DNA of 64,000 nucleotides from Thermoplasmatota archaeon (GTDB lineage Archaea; Thermoplasmatota; E2; DHVEG-1): NCBI GenBank assembly GCA_025457885.1, contig JALOTN010000006.1, positions 5,635 to 69,634 of the forward strand, read 5' to 3'. Shown piece by piece: positions 55,320 to 64,000 of this stretch (position 1 is its first letter; each line of letters starts with the position of its first letter). The notes under the pieces were generated by a model. It saw only the letters and a program-made list of their open reading frames with translations, ran no database searches and was not told where the DNA came from. The position numbers and the translations under genes were made by a program.

Positions 55320-56744
55320 CTAGGGGTACCCACCAATACGTAAACTAGGGTCTCCAAACAGTGCCCATGATTCCATGACTTTCGCATCAATCCATGAGTC
55401 ACCAAGCCCTGGGGAATCCCATTTCACGGGGTACGTCTGTGCGTACCAGCTGACTGCAGCAGACCAGGTGTCTCCTAAAATAGTGGCTTGGTTCTGTCCA
55501 TAGGAATGGAAAAACGCGCACTCCAGTTCATTGATGCCCCCTTTAAAGGAGGTCTTATCCTCTTTGGTGAACCCCAAGGCGGTGCACCCAATGCTGCAGA
55601 TCGAACCACCGGTTGGTTCCCGGAGGATACGTTCACTCCAACACTCCGGGACGTACTCCTGTTTCCATCGTGTGTCTTTGTTAAACAGTCGTCTCAGACA
55701 GACATCGAACTGACTATTGTGACAGCCGCTGACCACACAGACCGGAAGTCGGTCCTTATTGCGGAACTTCCACATATCATTACTGTTCGGACCCTGGACA
55801 AAGCCTGTCCCATTGGCTTTGTTGTTCCCCCACTGCTTAGGGCTTCCATGGCCGACAAAGTACACAAACCCGTACCCGTTATGAAACTCCCTGATGACGT
55901 CTTTCTTGTCAGTAAACGTCTCATCCGATGTGTACAGCCGAGTAGGGGTAAACCCCGTCATGTTCTCAATTGCACGATCCCCGTAATATTCTCCCTCATA
56001 CCCGGTCCAGTTCGGATTACCTGACACAGGGTACGTGTCTCCAGCGACTACCAAAATCCGTGAAAACCAGGATTGGCCAAACGCGGTTGTCTCATAATTA
56101 ATGATCTTCTGAACGATGATTCTGACCTCCCGGGGATTGCGACATGGCAGACGACCCACGGCGACATCCGGGGCTAGGTCAATATCGACATCCTGCGCAT
56201 TCTCCCCCATATACCATTCCCCATACACCCCGTCACCATCACTGTCCCAGCTGGAAAACCCCCCGTTCCGATCATAGATATCCGCGAAATACAGGTCACT
56301 GAGATACCCAACATCCCAATCATCCACCATGTTGACGTACCGCACTGGGCAATACCAGGATGGAAGGAACTGGCTGCTTCTCCCCCCCACCAAGAGAACA
56401 TATTCAACGCCCCAGATCTCAACAGCCGCCTTGATGAAATATTTCAGCTTCTCCGCCTCATCACGACCCTCCCAGTACATCTGATGATACACCTCGGAGA
56501 GCGTGACCAGTTTTGTGCTCATACCATGGGCGTTCTTATGCGCAACCAGTGGTTGTAGCTCGTTTTTAAAAACCGTCGGCGTCAGAATCAACAGCGAGTA
56601 CACCACGTTTGACTCCTGCGAAGTCTCTGTAAGCTCAATTCCTCTTGGTTCCCCCTGTGCTTCAACAAAGGGACTCAGACCAGAACAGAGAAAAACCACG
56701 ATAATACCATAGACTTGTAATCGATGTCTTCCTTTCATTTTCAT
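55320..56744 (-). CDS. Secreted peptidase C25 (gingipain)-like protein, tandem paralog 1
   Basis: Signal VYGIIVVFLCSGLSPFVEA. LLILTPTVFKNELQPLVAHK C25 N-terminal pattern. FVYFVGHGSPKQWG (His) and LPVCVVSGCHNSQFD (Cys). Confidence 0.75.
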   Translation of the reverse strand: MKMKGRHRLQVYGIIVVFLCSGLSPFVEAQGEPRGIELTETSQESNVVYSLLILTPTVFKNELQPLVAHKNAHGMSTKLVTLSEVYHQMYWEGRDEAEKLKYFIKAAVEIWGVEYVLLVGGRSSQFLPSWYCPVRYVNMVDDWDVGYLSDLYFADIYDRNGGFSSWDSDGDGVYGEWYMGENAQDVDIDLAPDVAVGRLPCRNPREVRIIVQKIINYETTAFGQSWFSRILVVAGDTYPVSGNPNWTGYEGEYYGDRAIENMTGFTPTRLYTSDETFTDKKDVIREFHNGYGFVYFVGHGSPKQWGNNKANGTGFVQGPNSNDMWKFRNKDRLPVCVVSGCHNSQFDVCLRRLFNKDTRWKQEYVPECWSERILREPTGGSICSIGCTALGFTKEDKTSFKGGINELECAFFHSYGQNQATILGDTWSAAVSWYAQTYPVKWDSPGLGDSWIDAKVMESWALFGDPSLRIGGYP

Positions 56745-56790
56745 ACCAACCCCTTCATCAATATACTATTGACTCCATACATATGTATTC

Positions 56791-58302
56791 CTAAATGACG
56801 GATCCCCCTGCTTGCGGATACCCACCAATCTTTAAACTAGGGTCCCCAAACAACGCCCATTGCTGCACGGTTTTTGCATCAATCGCACTATCCCAAGCAG
56901 CAGGTGTGTCCCAATCAATCGGATACCGATTCAGATAATTTGTAATCGCATTGCCCCAGGCGTTCCCAAGAATGGTTGTCCCATTCACCCCATACTCGTA
57001 AAAGAACGTTGGCTCAAGAAAATCACCAGCACCACTGAAGGACTGCTTATCCTCCTTTGACATCCCCAGTCCCGTACACCCAATCGTCGCAATCGACCCA
57101 CCATTGTTCATCCGCGTCAGCTTCCACCCCCAACACTCACGAATCCAGGTGTAATGCCAAAACAACCCTGAGGGTGACGTACGACTCGAGAAATACCGCA
57201 ACCCTTGTTCTTTGATTCCCCACAAGATATTCTTCGGTGTGACATCGAACTCGTTGTTATGACACCCTCCGACGATACACACCGGCAACATCCGTTTGTT
57301 CCGAAGAAGATCCATCGACACCGTGTTTAACCCATTAATCCAGGTCTGCGGTTTGTCCGTCGGATGAGTGCTCCAGGAAAACGCGTTCGCATGCCCCTCA
57401 AACATCAAAAAACCACACCCGCCATTGATCGCGCGAATCACATCCCGCGGCCCGGTAAAAGACTCATCAGACGTCCAGAGTTTCACTGGTTCAAACCCAG
57501 ACATATTATCAATAGCATCCTGCGTGTTTTCCTCCCCTTCATTCCCTGTCCAATTTGGGTTCAATGACTCAGGGTAGGTGTCACCAGCGACAACCACAAA
57601 CCGATGGAACCACTCCTGACCAAACGCAGTGGTCTCATAGGTAATGATCTTCCGTACCATCACCCGGACCTCAGCGTCATTCACACAAGCAAGACGCCCG
57701 ACATACACATCCGGGTACAAATCAATATCCCGGTCCCGCGCAGTCGCACCATACCATTCACCATACACCCCGTTGTTACCTGAATCCCAGCTAGAAAAAT
57801 TATGGTTCCTATCATAGAGATCCGCATAATACAACTCAGAAATAAAACACGGCTCATCCCAGCCGCTGTTATTATCCGCATTATACACATACCGAATGGG
57901 GATGGTTTCGAAATCCCCCACCAACAGGACATACGTGATCCCCCAGGTCTCCTTTGCCGTCTTAATGAAATACTTAATTTTCTCCTGCGGATCCCGCCCA
58001 TACCAGAACATCTGATGGTACACCTCGTTTAGAGTCACCAGGTTGGTCTTCACCCCCACCCGATTTTTATGGGTCACCAACGGCTGCAACTCATTGACAA
58101 ATTTTCTTGGAGCGATGATCAACAAATCATACACCACGGGAGTTGAAATTCCAGGGAAAGACCCCTTCACATACCCCCCAACATTCGTAAAGAGAGATGC
58201 ATTCTGTGCCATAAAAGCAGGACACCATAACAATCCAAAAAATACGACAGCGAGAACAAAAAGCTGTTTGATGAACACCGATTGAGATACCTTCATACGC
58301 AA
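56791..58302 (-). CDS. Secreted peptidase C25 (gingipain)-like protein, tandem paralog 2
   Basis: Highly similar to 55320..56744 (for example NELQPLVTHKN, VTLNEVYHQMFW). FLMFEGHANAFSW (His) and LPVCIVGGCHNNEFD (Cys). Confidence 0.75.
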   Translation of the reverse strand: MRMKVSQSVFIKQLFVLAVVFFGLLWCPAFMAQNASLFTNVGGYVKGSFPGISTPVVYDLLIIAPRKFVNELQPLVTHKNRVGVKTNLVTLNEVYHQMFWYGRDPQEKIKYFIKTAKETWGITYVLLVGDFETIPIRYVYNADNNSGWDEPCFISELYYADLYDRNHNFSSWDSGNNGVYGEWYGATARDRDIDLYPDVYVGRLACVNDAEVRVMVRKIITYETTAFGQEWFHRFVVVAGDTYPESLNPNWTGNEGEENTQDAIDNMSGFEPVKLWTSDESFTGPRDVIRAINGGCGFLMFEGHANAFSWSTHPTDKPQTWINGLNTVSMDLLRNKRMLPVCIVGGCHNNEFDVTPKNILWGIKEQGLRYFSSRTSPSGLFWHYTWIRECWGWKLTRMNNGGSIATIGCTGLGMSKEDKQSFSGAGDFLEPTFFYEYGVNGTTILGNAWGNAITNYLNRYPIDWDTPAAWDSAIDAKTVQQWALFGDPSLKIGGYPQAGGSVI

Positions 58303-58392
58303 ACCCCTATCAATAAATATACGCGAGGCTTAATAAATCTTTCATCCTTTGTATATCCCCGAAATACACCCAAATAAAGATATTAATACAGC

Positions 58393-59139
58393 GTGTACCA
58401 TGGGGGGCGTCACATGAGAACCACCTGCAACTATCCCTGTTTCCGAACCAAGGAAAAACAGATTTCAAAGAGAGAGCAAAAAACACAACCTCTTCAGCTT
58501 GTATTTTTCGATATGGACGGAGTCCTGCTTGATACCGTCAGCTCATGGAAATACATCCATGAACAATTTGGGACAACCAATGAACGATCCATCATGCCAT
58601 ACCTACGAGGAGACATTGATTATCTCGAGTTCATCCGACGAGATGTCTCCCTCTGGCGAACCAATGGAGAAGCAGTCAGCAAAAAAACCCTTGAAAACAT
58701 CCTGTACTCCATCCCATTTATACCCGGTGTACAAGAAACAATCTCCTATCTAAAAAACCAGGGGATCAGAACCGCGATCGTCACTGCTGGCCTTGACATC
58801 CTTGCTGAAAAAGTCGCTGGCGAGGTTGGAATTGACTACACCTACGCAAACGCGGTAAAGGTCGGAGCAGACGGACGACTAACCGGTGAAGGCGTCCTCC
58901 AAGTAGAACTCATGCAGAAGGATAAAAACGTCCGAGACCTGGTAAAAAAACTCAATCTCCCCTTGACAGCGTGCGCCGCGGTGGGGAACTCCTGTTTCGA
59001 CATCCCCATGCTGGAGGTCTGTGGCATTGGGATCGCATTTAACCCTGAGGATACCTGCATCATTCATAACGCTGATGTAGTGGTCACTGAAAAAGATTTA
59101 CGGAAACTCATCCCCACCTTCCAGAAATACCTCTCCTGA
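58393..59139 (+). CDS. HAD-superfamily hydrolase, phosphoserine phosphatase-like
   Basis: Motif I FFDMDGVLLD, TAGLD, and motif IV-like VGNSCFDIPM. The exact start is uncertain. Confidence 0.6.
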   Translation: MYHGGRHMRTTCNYPCFRTKEKQISKREQKTQPLQLVFFDMDGVLLDTVSSWKYIHEQFGTTNERSIMPYLRGDIDYLEFIRRDVSLWRTNGEAVSKKTLENILYSIPFIPGVQETISYLKNQGIRTAIVTAGLDILAEKVAGEVGIDYTYANAVKVGADGRLTGEGVLQVELMQKDKNVRDLVKKLNLPLTACAAVGNSCFDIPMLEVCGIGIAFNPEDTCIIHNADVVVTEKDLRKLIPTFQKYLS

Positions 59140-59268
59140 CCGATTTTTTCTTCACTACGAAAGGGACTGATCGACTGATCATCCTTTCGTTGACAAGATA
59201 TTGAATCATGGAAAATCATCTGTCGATACCTTTTAATCTGTCTTCACCTATGTCGCAGCTCGATAGCT

Positions 59269-60600
59269 ATGGTTCTTGATAATCTTGGGGATTCCCTCAA
59301 AAGGACGATCAAAAAAATCGCAAACGCAGTCCATGTCGACGCAACTCTCGTCAAAGAAATCGTCCGAGACATACAACGCGCGCTCCTCCAATCCGATGTC
59401 AACGTCAAACTCGTCCTAGAGCTTTCAAAAAAGATAGAGCAACGTGCCTTAGAGGAAAAACCACCCGCTGGTATGACCAACCGGGAGCATGTCATCCATA
59501 TCGTCTATGATGAGCTAGTCCATATCATTGGAGCATCCCGGGAGCTGGCTATTCGCAAACAAGTCATCATGATGGTCGGTTTATACGGACAAGGAAAAAC
59601 CACGAGTTGTGGGAAACTAGCGACCTATTTTAAAAGAAAAGGATTACGACCCGTGCTGATCGCCGGGGATGTGCATCGACCAGCTGCCTATGAACAACTC
59701 CAACAAATCTCCGAACAGGTTGAAGTCCCTTTCTATGGGGATAAATCAGAGAAAAACGCAGTCCGCGTCATCAAAGACGGCCTGGATAAATTCAAACGTG
59801 TCGCGGATGTCATCATCGTCGATACCTCCGGTCGACATAAACTTGAGGATGATTTAATCACCGAGATGAAAGATATCTTCAAAACCATCAAACCCGATGA
59901 GAAACTCCTGGTCATGGATGCTGCGATGGGCCAACAAGCTGGTCCGCAAGCAAAAGCCTTCAACGATGCCATCGGCATCACAGGTATAGTCCTCACCAAA
60001 CTTGACGGGACTGCGAAAGGAGGCGGGGCGTTATCAGCGGCAGCAGAAGTCGGTGCCCCTATCGTGTTCGTCGGGACTGGTGAACATTCCACTGATTTTG
60101 AGAAATTCGACCCCTCCGGGTTCATCTCCCGGCTCCTTGGGATGGGTGACATCAAATCACTCTTAGAGCGAGCTGAGGAAAGCATGAAAGGCAAGGATGC
60201 GGAAAAAACCGCTCGAAAACTCATGTCCGGGAAGTTTAACCTCAACGACATGTACGAGCAGATGAACATGATCTCTGGGATGGGGCCTTTATCAAAGATA
60301 GCAGAGATGCTCCCTGGCGGTATGTCCGGGAAACTCAAAAACGTAGACATGGATGAAACCCAGGGGAAACTGAAACGATTCCGGATCATCCTTGATTCCA
60401 TGACTAACCAGGAACGGGAAAACCCCGACTGCATCCAAGCCTCACGCATCCGGCGGATCGCCAAGGGTGCCGGGGTGGAAAATAAGGATGTCAAAGAAGT
60501 ACTGAAATATTATAACATGACGAAACGGATGATGAAAGGATTTTCCAGTGACCGAAAAATGCGTCGGAACCTCATGCGACAACTTGATTTTGGGAAATAA
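59269..60600 (+). CDS. srp54: Signal recognition particle protein SRP54
   Basis: GLYGQGKTT, DTSGR and TKLDG GTPase motifs plus a Met-rich M domain. Confidence 0.95.
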   Translation: MVLDNLGDSLKRTIKKIANAVHVDATLVKEIVRDIQRALLQSDVNVKLVLELSKKIEQRALEEKPPAGMTNREHVIHIVYDELVHIIGASRELAIRKQVIMMVGLYGQGKTTSCGKLATYFKRKGLRPVLIAGDVHRPAAYEQLQQISEQVEVPFYGDKSEKNAVRVIKDGLDKFKRVADVIIVDTSGRHKLEDDLITEMKDIFKTIKPDEKLLVMDAAMGQQAGPQAKAFNDAIGITGIVLTKLDGTAKGGGALSAAAEVGAPIVFVGTGEHSTDFEKFDPSGFISRLLGMGDIKSLLERAEESMKGKDAEKTARKLMSGKFNLNDMYEQMNMISGMGPLSKIAEMLPGGMSGKLKNVDMDETQGKLKRFRIILDSMTNQERENPDCIQASRIRRIAKGAGVENKDVKEVLKYYNMTKRMMKGFSSDRKMRRNLMRQLDFGK

Positions 60601-60613
60601 ACCACCAGGGACT

Positions 60614-61948
60614 ATGCAAGTGAAGAATCAACAGGAACTGATTCTGAATGGAACAACACCAATTCTTCAGCAGAAACGACAAGATGTCCTGGAAATGCTC
60701 ACCGCTGCCCTTGATGCAGTACAACCAGCACAGGTCATCAGTCGTGTCATACGAGATTCACAGCTTTTGTTTCCCTCAGAAACCATTGACCTAGCAACGT
60801 TTGACCATGTGTATGTTATCGGTTTTGGAAAAGCAAGTGTTGGGATGACCCAAGCAGTCCTTAATGCGACGACAGTGACGAGAGGAGTGATCATTACAAA
60901 TGACGCCCAAGCAACACTGAACCATCCCTCTCTTGAGGTCGTCCTGGGAGGTCATCCGTTGCCAAATGAAGGAAGCATCCAGGGCACCGAAAAAATCCTT
61001 CAGCTGCTCCATGACTGCTCAGAAAATGATTGTGTCCTTGTCCTCATCTCTGGTGGAGGCTCCTCCTTGTTCTGCAAACCCCGTGTCCCCCTTTCTGATC
61101 TCCAACACACCATTGATCTACTGATCCGATCAGGCGCCATCATCCAGGAGATCAACACCATCCGGAAACACCTTTCATATGTTAAAGGTGGTCAACTCCC
61201 AACACAGACGAAGGCGACGTTATTCTCCTTGATTATCTCTGATGTCATCCATGATTCCCTCAGCACTATTGCCTCAGGTCCAACTGTAGCAGATCCAACC
61301 ACATTTGAGGATGCAGAGGAAATCCTTCAACGATATCAACTCTGGGGAAAGGTTCCCCCCTCTGTTCGAACGGTCATTAGAGACGGACGAAAAGGAAAGA
61401 TACCAGAAACACCAAAAGAAGATGCTGCCGTGTTTCAAAAGGTCTTCAACTACATCGTCGCCAACAACGAGGTAGCCTGCCAGACGGCGATAAACAAGGC
61501 AATCGAACTTGGTTATGATGCAAAACTACTGACGACCGCGTTAGCTGGCGAAGCAAAAACCCTTGGAAGGTATCTCGTTAATCGGATTTACAATAGTATA
61601 GCAAAGGATCGTGCTGCGTTCATCAGTGGCGGTGAGCCAACCGTGACCGTCCAAGGTCCTGGTATTGGGGGGCGGAACCAGGAGCTAGTCCTTGGATGTA
61701 TCCAGGACATCGCAGACAGCGACATGGTTATCGCTTCGATGGCGACGGATGGCATCGATGGCAATAGCATGATGGCCGGGGCGATCGCAGATGGATGTTC
61801 CTTGTATCGTGCACAAAAAAAACAATTAATCCCTGATCGTTTTTTACAGGATAATGACGCTTCTACTTTCTTTTCTGCGCTTGGTGATTGCATAAAGACT
61901 GGTGCCACGGGGACGAATGTAATGGACATCCAGATCATATTACAATGA
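60614..61948 (+). CDS. Glycerate 2-kinase / MOFRL-family protein (DUF4147 plus MOFRL)
   Basis: VIGFGKAS, LISGGGSSL, GGEPTV and ATDGIDG motifs. ATG at 60614 lies within ORF 60548..61948. Confidence 0.8.
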   Translation: MQVKNQQELILNGTTPILQQKRQDVLEMLTAALDAVQPAQVISRVIRDSQLLFPSETIDLATFDHVYVIGFGKASVGMTQAVLNATTVTRGVIITNDAQATLNHPSLEVVLGGHPLPNEGSIQGTEKILQLLHDCSENDCVLVLISGGGSSLFCKPRVPLSDLQHTIDLLIRSGAIIQEINTIRKHLSYVKGGQLPTQTKATLFSLIISDVIHDSLSTIASGPTVADPTTFEDAEEILQRYQLWGKVPPSVRTVIRDGRKGKIPETPKEDAAVFQKVFNYIVANNEVACQTAINKAIELGYDAKLLTTALAGEAKTLGRYLVNRIYNSIAKDRAAFISGGEPTVTVQGPGIGGRNQELVLGCIQDIADSDMVIASMATDGIDGNSMMAGAIADGCSLYRAQKKQLIPDRFLQDNDASTFFSALGDCIKTGATGTNVMDIQIILQ

Positions 61949-62167
61949 TTCCGAAACACCTTTTTTCAAGGCACTAATAATAAACCTTTTAAGGGAGAAG
62001 TAGATAACAAATTGGGATGAACTCAATCAAAAAACTGTTCCAAAACTAATATATAAATATTTCGTATAATAATACTGACTGAGATAATGGAAATGCTATT
62101 TACTCCTTAAAAATCATGGGAACAAAAGTAATATAAAGAGTAAAAAATCTATATATGGAGATATAAT

Positions 62168-64000
62168 ATGTCCATCATGCGTTCACTTCATACGCCCATT
62201 ACACTGGGAATTAGTACTCTTTTACTACTAGGTCTTGTCGTTCAATACACCGAAGCAAGCTCCCAAGTCTATCCCACCGATGGAATCTGGGAGGATACCT
62301 TCGATGACCGCGCTGATGTTACCTTAACAAACTGTGATGTCCTTGGGGGAGCCATCGTCCTGAACACAACACTCAGCCAGGTCTCCTATAACTTTGCCGC
62401 CCAAAAAAATCATCAGGCGTATGCATTTCAATCCTTCATTTTCTTCCCTCTTTGGAAATACTACTCTCCCCAGCGCCATCTCACACGTGAAACAAAAATC
62501 GGCAGCAATGACCTTTATAAAATCAAAGCCCTCGACCAGGATTACGCAGAACGATCAAGTAAAGGAGTCCTCTTCAGCTACGTAGCCCATCATTTCCGAT
62601 TCAAGATTGATATCGACCCTGAGACCATCGATTATGTCCTTCTCCGTTGGTATGGAAAAGCAGATGCCAGATCAAACGTCAAATTCTATTACTATAACAC
62701 CAGCTACCTCCTCGTAGGAGGCTGGGAATCCCTAAGCAACAACGTTTCAGATGGAAATGACTTCTCGGTCGTTCTAAGAATACGAAGTGGACAACTGAAA
62801 CTTGCCATGAAGGACAGCGACTACCTCGATATCCTCGTTGTTGGCAATATCTTCTCCCGGGTCAGCACACTTTCAACAAACTACATTGAAGTCCTTGCAC
62901 AAACCTCCAAAGGATTCACCTTAAACGCGGCATCGGCAATCACAAAAACCGACATCGTCCCCTATAATCTCTCCACCATCCCCCGTACGAAATTTTATTG
63001 GGAGATGCTCACCTGGGATGATTATCAACCACCATCGACCGAGGCACGCTTTCATGTCCTCTATATGAACTCCACCGGGAAATTTCGAGAAGTAGAAGAA
63101 TCCGTCTTACCAGGAAACCATAACGGGTTTCTCACCAGCCCAGTCTATCTCAACAACCTCTCAAATGATGAATATGGAACAACATACAATAAATTGAAAA
63201 TCCTGGTGAACCTCTCAACTGATTCACCCGCGGTCTCCCCTCGAATTTTCAACTGGGCGTTAACATGGCAAAATAAAAGCCACTGGCATGATTCATTTAA
63301 TACGCTCTACCGGATAGAATCTCGGTCTAAAATCAATCTAGTGAATGGATCGATTATGATATCATCCACCCAAGATGAATGGCCTGTGTTCGGATATGAT
63401 ACTGCAAACACCCGCGCCTCTGCAGGAAAAGGTGCCACAAGCAATAACCTGTATTGGTTCAGCGCAGAAGATGTCGGTGGGGGATACCGTAACCCTATCA
63501 TAGGAAATGGTTTTGTTTATATCATCTCAGATGCAAACACCTTACATCAATACCCTATACTCTTATCAAACAGTGCAGATGAAGGGGAACCATTGGTGAA
63601 TAGTTCTCAAGTCTCCTTTGAATCCGAGTACGGCTTCGACAACCCTGTCGTCAGCTCCCCTGCTGCAACAGATTCTGTGGTGATCGTCGCAACAGGAAAA
63701 CAAGCACCCACCGGGACATCAAATTACATCTATGGGTTTTCCCATGACAATCTCTCCGCGATCTGGCCTGCTTATGAATATCCTGAAAAAATCTGCTATG
63801 ATGCATCACCTATAGTGGATGGTTCTTGGATATTTATCACTACCTGGGGTGGAGACAATAAAAGTTATCTCATGGAATCACAGCGGTACACGAATAATAA
63901 ACTTCTTGCGATGAAATTTAACGCTGTATCCGGAATCCAATCCGTAACCGATTACGAAATACCCGCTCCTAGTTTCTCCAGCCCTGCGGTCACCTCTGAT
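62168..64000 (+). CDS. Secreted protein with PQQ-like beta-propeller repeats (5' partial; runs off the window end)
   Basis: Not in the ORF track because no stop is reached. I translated 611 codons from ATG 62168 with no stop. Signal ITLGISTLLLLGLVVQYTEA. WPVFGYDTANTRAS and NPIIGNGFVYIIS propeller-type repeats. Confidence 0.7.
   Translation, partial: MSIMRSLHTPITLGISTLLLLGLVVQYTEASSQVYPTDGIWEDTFDDRADVTLTNCDVLGGAIVLNTTLSQVSYNFAAQKNHQAYAFQSFIFFPLWKYYSPQRHLTRETKIGSNDLYKIKALDQDYAERSSKGVLFSYVAHHFRFKIDIDPETIDYVLLRWYGKADARSNVKFYYYNTSYLLVGGWESLSNNVSDGNDFSVVLRIRSGQLKLAMKDSDYLDILVVGNIFSRVSTLSTNYIEVLAQTSKGFTLNAASAITKTDIVPYNLSTIPRTKFYWEMLTWDDYQPPSTEARFHVLYMNSTGKFREVEESVLPGNHNGFLTSPVYLNNLSNDEYGTTYNKLKILVNLSTDSPAVSPRIFNWALTWQNKSHWHDSFNTLYRIESRSKINLVNGSIMISSTQDEWPVFGYDTANTRASAGKGATSNNLYWFSAEDVGGGYRNPIIGNGFVYIISDANTLHQYPILLSNSADEGEPLVNSSQVSFESEYGFDNPVVSSPAATDSVVIVATGKQAPTGTSNYIYGFSHDNLSAIWPAYEYPEKICYDASPIVDGSWIFITTWGGDNKSYLMESQRYTNNKLLAMKFNAVSGIQSVTDYEIPAPSFSSPAVTSD

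Noticed and set aside
55488-56024. 178-aa ORF antisense to the C25-like gene
   Set aside because: A shadow ORF. The minus-strand gene has a signal peptide, a paralog next door and a catalytic dyad.
59733-60494. 253-aa ORF antisense to srp54
   Set aside because: It lies entirely inside the well-supported SRP54 gene on the opposite strand. Its sequence is Ser/Pro/Arg-rich and low-complexity with no recognisable motifs. This is the typical shadow ORF of a coding region.
62005-62100. C/D box-like pair (GGATGA ... CTGACTGA) upstream of the last gene
   Set aside because: The C box is imperfect (no RUGAUGA), there are no internal C'/D' boxes, and the region is dominated by TATA-like promoter sequence.
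1-64000. CRISPR arrays, rRNA genes, transposases/integrases, IS elements
   Set aside because: I scanned intergenic regions and ORF translations. I found no regularly spaced repeats, no rRNA-like sequence, and no DDE, tyrosine-recombinase or serine-recombinase-like ORFs.

Overview
This 64-kb window reads as a gene-dense chromosomal fragment from an uncultivated archaeon. All homology calls are made by eye from the translations, since no searches were possible.

Archaeal markers include the L7Ae-S28e-L24e operon, MBF1, deoxyhypusine synthase, archaeal-type TIM, PheRS alpha, SRP54, an LSm protein, MfnA and the DUF35/thiolase/HMG-CoA synthase trio. Gene content (many secreted C25/gingipain-like and M28 peptidases plus hutH/hutU) suggests a peptide-degrading Thermoplasmatota-like sediment lineage. 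That placement is inference only.

I see about 55 protein genes and one tRNA-Ile(GAU). I found no rRNA, CRISPR array, transposase or integrase.

Housekeeping blocks alternate with an unusually large set of secreted or membrane proteins:
- three WDWGDG/PKD-module proteins
- four clan-CD (His/Cys dyad) peptidase-like proteins
- a 942-aa and a 1239-aa mosaic surface protein
- a beta-propeller protein that runs off the window end and is absent from the ORF track

The best candidate for an undescribed system is the translationally coupled pair of paralogous polytopic membrane proteins at 8044-13238 (887 and 844 aa). Each combines an N-terminal 8-10-helix block with two extracytoplasmic GldG/DUF4350-like modules. 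The N-terminal block resembles an archaeosortase/exosortase core: the second copy has Cys177 and Arg219, while the first has Ser in the same G[C/S]PLAL hexapeptide and no Arg.

Other notable points:
- a creatininase-family gene whose conserved metal-binding N-terminus lacks any ATG/GTG/TTG start, with an ATA sitting in an ATAA overlap with the map stop codon
- a histidine ammonia-lyase with an Ala-Cys-Gly rather than Ala-Ser-Gly MIO triad
- an orphan SPPY DNA methyltransferase next to a radical SAM gene
- a phage-type HNH-like mini-protein next to the tRNA
- a 25-nt poly(T) tract between convergent genes
- a Tes/GDGT-MAS-like radical SAM gene
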